Shown here piece by piece: positions 1 through 7,444 of a DNA stretch of 14,261 nucleotides. Below the pieces are notes generated by a model that ran no database searches, was not told the DNA's origin, and saw only the letters and a list, made by a program, of their open reading frames with translations. The stretch lies in UHGV virus genome UHGV-0247634; one strand, given 5' to 3'. Position 1 is the stretch's first letter. Every line of letters starts with the position of its first letter. This DNA comes from a virus. Position numbers and translations under genes: made by a program.

Positions 1-4
1 GGCA

Positions 5-280
5 ATGTTAAGTAACCTTCCCGGATTGCTGAATGTGGCGTTATGCACGGTTATCGTGCTGACGCTCTTTTTTTATCGTCGTCGTGACTCCAGACACAAA
101 CCGCTGATGTCATGGCTGGCCTGGCTGCTGATGCTGCTGTATGCCTTTGCGCCCCTCAGCTATCTGTGTGGTCGCCCGTTAGCAACGGGCTGGCTGGAAG
201 TGTTTTTTAACCTGCTGTTCTGCGTGCTGGTGATACGCGCACGCGGGAACGTCACAAAAATCTTTCCATTGTTGAGGTGA
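5..280 (+). CDS. putative holin (three predicted TM segments); N-terminus may extend beyond window start
   Basis: 91-aa ORF with three hydrophobic stretches (LPGLLNVALCTVIVLTLFFY, LMSWLAWLLMLLYAFAPL, WLEVFFNLLFCVLVI) separated by short basic loops. Stop TGA 278-280 lies in the SD/start region of the downstream peptidase gene, the usual holin-endolysin arrangement. Only 4 nt upstream are visible, so the start cannot be verified. Confidence 0.55.
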   Translation: MLSNLPGLLNVALCTVIVLTLFFYRRRDSRHKPLMSWLAWLLMLLYAFAPLSYLCGRPLATGWLEVFFNLLFCVLVIRARGNVTKIFPLLR

Positions 281-285
281 ATATG

Positions 286-663
286 ATGCCGGGTAAATTC
301 AGATTCAGCCGTCGCAGTGAAAAAAATCTGGAGGGCGTCAAACCACAGCTGGTTGCTGTCGTTCGCCGTGCGCTGGAGCTGACGGAGGTTGATTTTGGTA
401 TCACGGAAGGTCTGCGCAGTAAGTATCGCCAGAAACAGCTGGTAGCGGCAGGGAAAAGCCAGACCATGAACAGCCGCCACCTTACAGGTGATGCGGTGGA
501 TGTTGTGGCCTACATTGGCAGCCAGGTGTCATGGGACTGGCCTCTGTACGAGAAAATCGCGCAGGCATTTAAGCAGGCTGCCGCAGAGCTGGGAACTGCC
601 ATCGAATGGGGCGGGGACTGGAAAACACTGAAAGACGGGCCTCACTTTCAGTTGAAACGCTGA
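286..663 (+). CDS. endolysin, L-alanyl-D-glutamate peptidase (peptidase M15 / VanY-like, T5-endolysin type)
   Basis: Motifs SRHLTGDAVD and GPHFQL match the Zn-binding H-x-x-G-x-A-x-D and C-terminal His motifs of M15 endolysins as I recall them. Start ambiguous: GTG 277, ATG 283 or ATG 286; SD GAGGT at 274-278 favours ATG 286. Positioned between a putative holin and a lipoprotein. Confidence 0.85.
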   Translation: MPGKFRFSRRSEKNLEGVKPQLVAVVRRALELTEVDFGITEGLRSKYRQKQLVAAGKSQTMNSRHLTGDAVDVVAYIGSQVSWDWPLYEKIAQAFKQAAAELGTAIEWGGDWKTLKDGPHFQLKR

Positions 664-677
664 TAACCAGGTGTGTT

Positions 678-860
678 ATGAGCAGAAAACACTGGACACA
701 CAGAATGCCGCGAACGGCGGCGAAATGGGCACTGGTAGCGATACTGGTGCCTTTTTTCCTGGTGGGATGCGTCAGCCTGGATAAGGCGCGCCAGCTTTTC
801 GATACAGCTTCTCAGGTCTGTGAAATTGTCGACGGTGTCCGGCAGTGTATGCAGAACTGA
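678..860 (+). CDS. small secreted lipoprotein, possible o-spanin-like lysis accessory protein
   Basis: 60-aa ORF with a basic n-region (MSRKHWTHRMPRTAAK), hydrophobic h-region (WALVAILVPFFLVG) and lipobox L-V-G-C. Predicted mature peptide is about 30 aa with three Cys. Lies immediately downstream of the endolysin. The ORF-track version from 606 overlaps the endolysin and has no N-terminal signal, so ATG 678 is preferred. Confidence 0.55.
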   Translation: MSRKHWTHRMPRTAAKWALVAILVPFFLVGCVSLDKARQLFDTASQVCEIVDGVRQCMQN

Positions 861-892
861 TCGCCTGATAATTGTTTTACTAAGGAGAAATG

Positions 893-1081
893 ATGGAATC
901 GCCAATTATGAAATATTTCAATTATGAGCATCTTCCGACTTCGTTAAAGGAAGTGAGTAAGCCAATTGGTGATCTGGCAAGAGTAATGGATGAATCTTTG
1001 CCAGACGGTCCGGAAAAGTCGGCTGGGTTACGTAAATTGCTTGAAGCAAAAGATGCTCTGGTGCGAGCGAAACTGGGTTAA
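893..1081 (+). CDS. hypothetical small soluble protein (moron candidate)
   Basis: 62-aa ORF (MESPIMKYFNYEHLP...) with SD AGGAG at 883-887 and ATG 893. About 43% GC by hand count, visibly lower than flanking late genes. No TM segment; C-terminal amphipathic helix-like stretch (LRKLLEAKDALVRAKLG). Followed by a strong hairpin. No family recognised. Confidence 0.45.
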   Translation: MESPIMKYFNYEHLPTSLKEVSKPIGDLARVMDESLPDGPEKSAGLRKLLEAKDALVRAKLG

Positions 1082-1090
1082 GGCATTACA

Positions 1091-1114
1091 GCAGCCCTTC
1101 AGCCGAGGGGCTGC
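1091..1114. terminator. stem-loop between convergent genes, candidate bidirectional terminator
   Basis: gcagcccttc (1091-1100) pairs with gaggggctgc (1105-1114), a 10-bp stem with one G-U pair and loop agcc. It sits between the stop of the + strand ORF (1081) and the stop of the - strand ORF (1124). No clean U-tract on either side, so termination efficiency is uncertain. Confidence 0.4.
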
Positions 1115-1123
1115 AATAATGCT

Positions 1124-1330
1124 TTAGTTGTCTTTCATAAATCCTTTAATGACCCATCCCACAAGCCTGGTGATGCTGTACACAAACAAGGCAATTATCA
1201 GAGATACAAGGATATCAAACAGTGAGAATCCTTGCGTATCCGTTGTTGAAAATAAAAGACTAAAGATGAACACCAGAATGGCCAACAGAATACCTACCCG
1301 GTGAAAGCCTTTAGAAATCATGTTTTTCAT
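1124..1330 (-). CDS. hypothetical small membrane protein, two predicted TM helices (antisense moron)
   Basis: 68-aa ORF (MKNMISKGFHRVGILLAILVFIFSLLF...DILVSLIIALFVYSITRLVGWVI...) with two hydrophobic helices and a basic C-terminus. SD GGAGGA is 4 nt upstream of the ATG on the - strand. About 38% GC by hand count. It is the only convincing gene on the - strand, in the position where lambda carries the antisense bor moron. Confidence 0.55.
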   Translation of the reverse strand: MKNMISKGFHRVGILLAILVFIFSLLFSTTDTQGFSLFDILVSLIIALFVYSITRLVGWVIKGFMKDN

Positions 1331-1391
1331 TTGTCCTCCATATTTGTTTTTTTAAAGGGTGGGCATTTTAACATCAGAAGGATGAAGTTCT

Positions 1392-1742
1392 ATGCCATCA
1401 CGAATACCCCGCGCCTGCCGTAAGCGTGGATGCGCAGGTACAACCACAGACAGTTCTGGTTACTGCGATAAACATCGTGGTGAAGGATGGGCACAGCACC
1501 AGCGCGGACTGAGCCGCCACCAGCGTGGCTATGGCTCAAAATGGACGGTGATTCGTGCCCGTATTCTGAAGCGCGATAAAGGTCTGTGTCAGTTGTGTCT
1601 GCGTGTCGGTGTGGTGAGCGAGGCGAAAACCGTCGACCACATCATCCCGAAAGCGCATGGCGGGACAGACGCAGACAGCAACCTGCAGAGTCTGTGCTGG
1701 CCCTGCCACAAAGTGAAAACAGCGCGCGAACGAATCAGGTGA
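1392..1742 (+). CDS. HNH endonuclease, terminase-associated type
   Basis: 116-aa ORF with Cys-rich zinc-finger-like pairs (CRKRGC...CDKH, CQLCL, CWPCH) and HNH core DHIIPKAHGG...N...H. Located directly upstream of the putative cos region and terminase genes, as in HK97-like packaging modules. Confidence 0.9.
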   Translation: MPSRIPRACRKRGCAGTTTDSSGYCDKHRGEGWAQHQRGLSRHQRGYGSKWTVIRARILKRDKGLCQLCLRVGVVSEAKTVDHIIPKAHGGTDADSNLQSLCWPCHKVKTARERIR

Positions 1743-1889
1743 TAATTATTCTCACTTGTGGGGAGGGGCGGGTCAAATCCCTGCAGCCCTGGCTGTCCGG
1801 GACCGCCCGCCAACCCTTCTTCGCATCGCCGCAGGTTCGAAAACTTTTTTTTGGGAATGCGATCAAACGATTGATAGGTAAAACCGATT
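1743..1889. other. putative cos / terminase recognition region
   Basis: 147-bp non-coding gap between the HNH gene and the small terminase gene. G/C-rich core with imperfect inverted repeat GGGCGGGTC (1765-1773) and GACCGCCCGC (1801-1810), a T8 run (1846-1853), and an IHF-core-like ATCAAacgaTTG (1862-1873). Exact cohesive-end position cannot be determined from sequence alone. Confidence 0.4.
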
Positions 1890-2372
1890 ATGTCAGGACC
1901 CCCGAAAACCCCGCCACGCCTGCATTTGATACGAGGCAACCCCTCAAAGCGCCCCGTTAAAGACCCAAAAAAAACCGCTAAAAAGGATGAAAAAGGTCTC
2001 CCTAAAATTCCGCAGCATTTAGGGGTGCAGGGGAAGTACTGGTTCAGGCGAATGGCGGAAGAACTGAATGCGGAAGGGATCATTTCTCAGCTTGATGCGC
2101 GTGCACTCGAGTTACTGGTGGAAGCCTACACCGAATACCGGCATCACTGCGAAACACTTGATGCTGAGGGTTATACCTACCGCACGGAAACGCAGAACGG
2201 TGATGTGCTGATTAAGGCACACCCGGCTGCTGCGATGAAAGCGGATGCCTGGAAGCGGATCCGGGCGATGCTTGCAGAGTTTGGTATGTCACCGGCAAGC
2301 CGGGCGAAAGTAAATACCGCCGGACCGGATGATGTTGATCCGCTGGCGGAACTTTTAAAAGCGAGAGACTGA
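1890..2372 (+). CDS. terminase small subunit, P27 family
   Basis: 160-aa ORF. N-terminus MSGPPKTPPRLHLIRGNPSKRPVKDPKK matches the characteristic GRPPKP...L.GNPGKRP signature of P27-family small terminases as I recall it. Stop overlaps the large terminase start (ATGA at 2370-2374). Confidence 0.85.
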   Translation: MSGPPKTPPRLHLIRGNPSKRPVKDPKKTAKKDEKGLPKIPQHLGVQGKYWFRRMAEELNAEGIISQLDARALELLVEAYTEYRHHCETLDAEGYTYRTETQNGDVLIKAHPAAAMKADAWKRIRAMLAEFGMSPASRAKVNTAGPDDVDPLAELLKARD

Positions 2373-4129
2373 TGGCAAAAGTGGCTGACGGGATCCGCTA
2401 CGCCGAACGTGTTGTTGCAGGAGAAATTGTCGCTGGCGAATTTGTCCGTCTGGCCTGCCAGCGTTTTCTTGATGATCTGAAGTACGGCGAAGAGCGGGGG
2501 ATTTATTTCAGTGAACCCCGTGCGCAGCACATCCTGAATTTCTACAAATTTGTGCCCCATGTAAAAGGGGCGCTGGCAGGCCAGCCCATTGAACTGATGG
2601 ACTGGCATGTATTTATCCTCATTAATATTTTTGGTTTTGTCATTCCGCTGGTCAATGAAGAGACCGGGGAAGTTGTCATGCGCAGCGATGGCAGCGGACG
2701 TCCGGTGATGGTGCGCCGGTTCCGGACGGCGTACAACGAAGTCGCCCGTAAAAACGCAAAATCAACCCTGTCATCGGGTATCGGCCTGTATATGACGGGG
2801 GCAGATGGTGAAGGCGGGGCTGAGGTGTATTCAGCTGCAACCACGCGTGACCAGGCCAGAATTGTGTTTGAAGACGCCAAAAATATGGTCAGAAAAGCCC
2901 GGTCGACACTCGGGCGATTGTTTGATTTCAACAAGCTGGCGATTTACCAGGAGCAGAGCGCATCAAAATTTGAACCGCTTTCCTCGGATGCAAACAACCT
3001 GGACGGTCTGAACATCCACTGCGCCATTATTGATGAGCTGCATGCACATAAAACCCGTGATGTGTGGGATGTTCTGGAAACGGCAACCGGTGCCCGTCTG
3101 CAGTCCCTGTTATTTGGTATCACCACGGCAGGCTTTAACAAGGAAGGGATCTGTTACGAGCAGCGTGATTACGCCATTAAGGTATTGCGTGGCTATAACA
3201 GCAACGTGGAGGGCGCGGTAAAAGACGACTCCTACTTTGCGATCATTTACACGCTCGATGAGGGAGATGATCCGTTTGATGAAACGGTCTGGCAGAAAGC
3301 GAATCCCGGCCTGGGCATCTGTAAACGCTGGGATGATCTGCGTCGTCTGGCGAAAAAAGCGAAGGAGCAGGTTTCAGCGCGGGTGAATTTTTTCACGAAA
3401 CACATGAATGTGTGGGTCACTGCCGAATCTGCCTGGATGGACATGATTAAGTGGGAGAAGTGCGAATATATTGCTCCACAGCATGAGCTGAAAACCTATC
3501 CCATGTGGGTCGGCGTCGACCTTGCTCATAAGATTGATATCTGTGCGGCGGCAAAACTCTGGCGAACCGATAACGGACATGTTCATGCTGATTTTAAATT
3601 CTGGCTCCCGGAAGGACGGCTGGAGCGGTGCTCGCGGCAGCAGGCAGAACTTTACCGGAAATGGGCCGAGATGGATAAGCTCATCCTGACGGATGGTGAT
3701 GTTATCGATCATGCTCAGATAAAAAGTGACTTACTGGAATGGATTGGTGGTGAAAACCTGAGGGAGCTGGGATTTGATCCGTGGAGCGCGATGCAGTTCA
3801 GTCTGGCGCTGGCTGAAGAAGGGATACCGCTGGTGGAGGTTCCGCAGACGGTCCGCAATCTGTCAGAGGCCATGAAGGAAACGGAATCACTGGTCTATGC
3901 CGGGCGTTTCCATCACAGCAATCACCCGGTCATGAACTGGATGATGTCTAACGTTACGGTAAAACCGGACAAAAACGACAATATCTTCCCGAACAAATCC
4001 ACGCCGGAAGCCAAAATCGACGGTCCTGTTGCGATGTTTACAGCAATGAGCCGGATGCTGGTCAATGGCGGTGAACCGGAGCCGGATCTGTCTGAGCATC
4101 TGGTCAGCGTTGGTATCCGCTCGCTTTAA
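2372..4129 (+). CDS. terminase large subunit (ATPase plus nuclease)
   Basis: 585-aa ORF immediately after the small terminase. Walker B-like hhhhDE ([10 protein letters not shown]) in the N-terminal half and an acidic RNase H-like nuclease motif ([12 protein letters not shown]) in the C-terminal half. Size and position typical of TerL. Confidence 0.93.
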   Translation: MAKVADGIRYAERVVAGEIVAGEFVRLACQRFLDDLKYGEERGIYFSEPRAQHILNFYKFVPHVKGALAGQPIELMDWHVFILINIFGFVIPLVNEETGEVVMRSDGSGRPVMVRRFRTAYNEVARKNAKSTLSSGIGLYMTGADGEGGAEVYSAATTRDQARIVFEDAKNMVRKARSTLGRLFDFNKLAIYQEQSASKFEPLSSDANNLDGLNIHCAIIDELHAHKTRDVWDVLETATGARLQSLLFGITTAGFNKEGICYEQRDYAIKVLRGYNSNVEGAVKDDSYFAIIYTLDEGDDPFDETVWQKANPGLGICKRWDDLRRLAKKAKEQVSARVNFFTKHMNVWVTAESAWMDMIKWEKCEYIAPQHELKTYPMWVGVDLAHKIDICAAAKLWRTDNGHVHADFKFWLPEGRLERCSRQQAELYRKWAEMDKLILTDGDVIDHAQIKSDLLEWIGGENLRELGFDPWSAMQFSLALAEEGIPLVEVPQTVRNLSEAMKETESLVYAGRFHHSNHPVMNWMMSNVTVKPDKNDNIFPNKSTPEAKIDGPVAMFTAMSRMLVNGGEPEPDLSEHLVSVGIRSL

Positions 4130-4140
4130 CCGAGGTCATT

Positions 4141-4323
4141 ATGTTTCTGATAATTCTCACACCACTGGTTGGCGTGCTGGGGGCGCTTTTGCTGTCGTAT
4201 GGCACATGGCTGATTTATCCCCCGGCAGGTTTTGTTGTTGCCGGGGCGCTGTGCCTGTTCTGGTCGTGGCTGGTTGCTCGTTATCTCGATCGCGGTCAGC
4301 GGGTCGCCTCCGGAGGTGAGTAA
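4141..4323 (+). CDS. hypothetical small membrane protein (two predicted TM helices) between terminase and portal
   Basis: 60-aa ORF ([49 protein letters not shown]...) with GC-rich third-position codon pattern like neighbouring genes. Stop TAA overlaps the portal ATG (TAATG at 4321-4325). No family recognised. Confidence 0.5.
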   Translation: MFLIILTPLVGVLGALLLSYGTWLIYPPAGFVVAGALCLFWSWLVARYLDRGQRVASGGE

Positions 4324-5564
4324 TGTTTTTCCAGGGGCTTTTTCAACGCAAAAATAACACTCCCGTTACAACACCCGGGATGCTTGCGGAAGAGCTGGGA
4401 TTGTCATACGACACCTATACCGGAAAGCGGATCAGCAGTCAGCGGGCCATGCGGCTGACGGCGGTTTATTCCTGCGTCAGGGTGCTGGCGGAGTCTGTTG
4501 GTATGCTGCCCTGCAGTCTCTACAAAATCACCGGCACCCTTAAAACACGCGCGGTGGATGAACGACTGCATAAGCTGATTTCGGCAAAACCCAATGGCTA
4601 CATGACGCCGCAGGAATTCTGGGAACTGGTCATTGTCTGCCTGTGTCTGCGGGGGAATTTTTACGCCTACAAGGTGAAGGCGCTGGGGGAAGTTGTGGAG
4701 CTTCTTCCGATAGATCCGGGCTGTGTGGAACCGAAGCTGAACAGCCAGTGGCAGCCGGTTTATCAGGTGACGTTTCCGGATGGCTCCGTGGATGTGCTGA
4801 CCCAGAATGAAATCTGGCATGTGCGCACTCTGACGCTGGACGGACTGGTCGGGCTGAATCCCATTGCGTATGCGCGTGAGGCCATTTCACTGGCAGCGGC
4901 AACTGAGGAGCACGGCGCCAGGTTGTTTGGTAACGGCGCTGTGACATCCGGTGTGTTGCGTACGGATCAACAACTTTCTGATCAGGCTTATGCGCGTATC
5001 AAAAAGGACTTTGAGGAACGGCATGTCGGGCTGGGAAATTCTCATCGTCCGATGATTCTGGAAATGGGGCTGGACTGGAAAACGGTGGCACTGAATGCCG
5101 AGGACAGCCAGTTCCTGGAAACCCGCAAGTTTCAGCTGGAAGAAATCTGTCGCCTGTTCCGCGTGCCGCTGCATATGGTGCAGAACACCGATCGCGCCAC
5201 CTTCAACAATATTGAAGAGCTGGGGCTTGGTTTCATTAACTATTCCCTTGTGCCGTATCTGACCCGTATTGAACAGCGGATCAATACAGGGCTGGTCAGG
5301 GAGAGCAAGCAGGGGAAGTTTTACGCCAAATTTAATGCCGGAGCATTGTTGCGTGGCGACATGAAATCCCGCTTTGAAGCGTATGCCACGGGGATCAACT
5401 GGGGGATTTATTCCCCTAATGACTGCCGTGATCTGGAAGATATGAATCCCCGACCGGGCGGTGATGTGTATCTGACACCGATGAACATGACCACCAGTCC
5501 CTCTGCTGGCGATGACAACGGTAAGAAAAAGGAGAGTGGAGATGCAGACAAAACAGCGTCTTGA
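4323..5564 (+). CDS. portal protein, HK97 family
   Basis: 413-aa ORF directly downstream of the large terminase and upstream of the prohead protease; SD GGAGGT precedes the ATG. Size and gene order match HK97-type portal proteins. Confidence 0.88.
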   Translation: MFFQGLFQRKNNTPVTTPGMLAEELGLSYDTYTGKRISSQRAMRLTAVYSCVRVLAESVGMLPCSLYKITGTLKTRAVDERLHKLISAKPNGYMTPQEFWELVIVCLCLRGNFYAYKVKALGEVVELLPIDPGCVEPKLNSQWQPVYQVTFPDGSVDVLTQNEIWHVRTLTLDGLVGLNPIAYAREAISLAAATEEHGARLFGNGAVTSGVLRTDQQLSDQAYARIKKDFEERHVGLGNSHRPMILEMGLDWKTVALNAEDSQFLETRKFQLEEICRLFRVPLHMVQNTDRATFNNIEELGLGFINYSLVPYLTRIEQRINTGLVRESKQGKFYAKFNAGALLRGDMKSRFEAYATGINWGIYSPNDCRDLEDMNPRPGGDVYLTPMNMTTSPSAGDDNGKKKESGDADKTAS

Positions 5565-6192
5565 TATACCGCTGAACCTGAAATCCGTCAGTGATTCCGG
5601 GGAATTTGAAGGTTACGGTTCTGTTTTTGGTGTTAAGGACAGCCACGATGATGTGGTGGTCCCCGGAGCCTTTACCACAACACTCCAGAAATGGAGCGAA
5701 AAAAAGGCGCTGCCTGCGTTGCTCTGGCAGCACCGCATGGATGAGCCCATCGGTGTGTACACCGAAATGAAAGAAGACGATGTCGGGCTTTATGTCAGGG
5801 GGCGATTACTCGTTGATGATGATCCCCTGGCAAAACGTGCACATGCCCATATGAAGGCCGGTTCTTTAACCGGCCTTTCTATTGGCTACATCCTGAAAGA
5901 CTGGGAGTACGACCGTGAAAAAGGGGTATTCCTGCTGAAAGAGATCGACCTGTGGGAGGTCAGTCTGGTGACGTTTCCTTCCAATGATGAGGCACGCATC
6001 AGCGATGTGAAAAATGCGCTGGCGCGTGGGGAGATCCCTGATCAGAAAATTATTGAGCGAGTCCTGCGCGATGTTGGACTCTCGCGAACCCAGGCCAAAG
6101 CATTCATGGCCGGGGGATATGGCGCTTTATCCCTGCGTGATGCTGAGGATGTGGATGCCGCACTGAATGCACTGAAAAATCTTAAATTTTAA
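5542..6192 (+). CDS. prohead maturation protease, HK97 family (peptidase S78/U35)
   Basis: N-terminal region MQTKQRLDIPLNLKSVSDSGEFEGYGSVFGVKDSHDDVVVPGAF is characteristic of HK97 gp4-type prohead proteases. Start chosen at ATG 5542 with SD AGGAG at 5531-5535; the ORF-track start at 5512 is an in-frame upstream extension. Overlaps the portal 3' end by 23 nt. Confidence 0.88.
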   Translation: MQTKQRLDIPLNLKSVSDSGEFEGYGSVFGVKDSHDDVVVPGAFTTTLQKWSEKKALPALLWQHRMDEPIGVYTEMKEDDVGLYVRGRLLVDDDPLAKRAHAHMKAGSLTGLSIGYILKDWEYDREKGVFLLKEIDLWEVSLVTFPSNDEARISDVKNALARGEIPDQKIIERVLRDVGLSRTQAKAFMAGGYGALSLRDAEDVDAALNALKNLKF

Positions 6193-6205
6193 TCAGGAGT
6201 AAATA

Positions 6206-7432
6206 ATGGCTGTTGATATTAAAGACGTGGAACAGGTCGCGCAGGATTTGCAGCAGAAGTTTGACGATTTTAAGGAAAAAAACGACAAACGCATTGACGC
6301 GATCGAGCAGGAAAAGGGAAAACTTGCCGGAGAAGTGGAAAACCTCAACGAAAAACTGACTGAACTGGAGAACCTGAAAAGCGACCTGGAAAAAGAGCTG
6401 GCAGACATCAAGCGTCCGGCAGGCGGCACGCAAAATAAAGTTGCCAGTGAACACAAAGAAGCGTTTATCGGATTTATGCGCAAGGGGCGTGAAGACGGTC
6501 TGCGTGAGCTTGAGCGTAAGGCGCTGCAGGTGGGCAATGATGAAGATGGTGGTTATGCCATTCCGGAAGAACTGGATCGCACTATTCTGACGCTGCTGAA
6601 AGATGAGGTAGTGATGCGCCAGGAAGCCTCTGTGATCACCCTCGGTGGCTCGGATTATAAAAAACTGGTGAATCTGGGCGGCACAACGTCCGGATGGGTG
6701 GGGGAAACGGATGCACGTCCGGAAACCGCCACCTCAAAACTGGGGCTGATTGAACCCTTTATGGGGGAAATCTACGGCAACCCGCAGGCCACCCAGAAAA
6801 TGCTCGATGACGCTTTCTTCAATGTGGAAGACTGGATCAACAGTGAGCTGGCGCTGGAATTTGCCGAACAGGAAGAAATTGCCTTTACCAGTGGCGACGG
6901 CAGCAAAAAACCAAAAGGTTTTCTGGCTTATGAGTCCACCGATGAAGATGACAAGACCCGTGCGTTTGGCAAACTTCAGCACATTGCTTCCGGTGCGGCT
7001 TCCGGCGTGACTGCCGATGCGATCATTAAACTGATTTACACCCTGCGCAAGGCGCATCGCAGCGGCGCGAAGTTCATGATGAACAACAGCAGCCTGTTTG
7101 CCATTCGTCTGCTGAAGGATAACGACGGAAATTATCTGTGGCGTCCGGGTATTGAGCTGGGTCAGCCTTCTTCTCTGGCAGGGTATGGCATCGTTGAGAA
7201 TGAACAGATGCCGGATATTGCTGCCGATGCAAAAGCCATTGCGTTTGGTAACTTCAAACGTGGCTATACCATCGTTGATCGCATCGGTACCCGTATCCTG
7301 CGCGATCCGTACACCAATAAACCGTTTGTGGGTTTTTATACCACCAAGCGAACCGGCGGTATGCTGGTGGATTCTCAGGCGATTAAGCTGATGAAAATTG
7401 GGGCTGCAACCCGCCAGAAAGCCGCTGCGTAA
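6206..7432 (+). CDS. major capsid protein, HK97 fold, with N-terminal coiled-coil scaffolding (delta) domain
   Basis: 408-aa ORF after the protease. First ~70 residues are charged and heptad-like (DLQQKFDDFKEKNDKRIDAIEQEKGKLAGEVENLNEKLTELENLKSDLEKELADIK), typical of the delta domain in HK97-type capsid proteins; no separate scaffold gene is present. SD AGGAG at 6195-6199. Confidence 0.9.
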   Translation: MAVDIKDVEQVAQDLQQKFDDFKEKNDKRIDAIEQEKGKLAGEVENLNEKLTELENLKSDLEKELADIKRPAGGTQNKVASEHKEAFIGFMRKGREDGLRELERKALQVGNDEDGGYAIPEELDRTILTLLKDEVVMRQEASVITLGGSDYKKLVNLGGTTSGWVGETDARPETATSKLGLIEPFMGEIYGNPQATQKMLDDAFFNVEDWINSELALEFAEQEEIAFTSGDGSKKPKGFLAYESTDEDDKTRAFGKLQHIASGAASGVTADAIIKLIYTLRKAHRSGAKFMMNNSSLFAIRLLKDNDGNYLWRPGIELGQPSSLAGYGIVENEQMPDIAADAKAIAFGNFKRGYTIVDRIGTRILRDPYTNKPFVGFYTTKRTGGMLVDSQAIKLMKIGAATRQKAAA

Positions 7433-7444
7433 TGCAGTTTTTTA

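Noticed and set aside
160-480. Reverse-strand ORFs (160-480 and 252-467) antisense to holin and endolysin
   Set aside because: They lie fully within well-supported + strand genes, with no RBS or coding features; shadow ORFs.
606-677. N-terminal extension of the lipoprotein ORF (ORF-track start at 606)
   Set aside because: It overlaps the 3' end of the endolysin gene and has no signal-like N-terminus; ATG 678 gives a canonical lipoprotein signal peptide.
841-892. Possible own promoter for the 893-1081 ORF (GATAAT at 867-872)
   Set aside because: No acceptable -35 or extended -10 context, and the implied transcription start would fall too close to the SD; read-through from the lysis genes is more likely.
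1586-2083. ORFs on both strands spanning the HNH 3' end, putative cos region and TerS 5' end
   Set aside because: They overlap two motif-supported genes out of frame and run through the GC-rich non-coding cos region; their translations are low-complexity and Arg/Pro-rich, typical of GC-rich non-coding frames.
2177-3712. Several reverse-strand ORFs of 65-143 aa inside the large terminase gene
   Set aside because: Antisense to a conserved enzyme gene, with no start context and compositions typical of shadow frames.
4065-4319. 84-aa + strand ORF overlapping the terminase 3' end and the small membrane ORF
   Set aside because: It is out of frame with both, and its Arg/Cys-rich sequence lacks the codon periodicity seen in the 4141-4323 frame.
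4404-5733. Reverse-strand ORFs inside the portal and protease genes
   Set aside because: Shadow ORFs antisense to structural genes.
6182-7057. Reverse-strand and alternate-frame ORFs inside the major capsid gene
   Set aside because: Low-complexity Ser/Phe-rich translations produced by the antisense of the charged coiled-coil delta domain; not coding.
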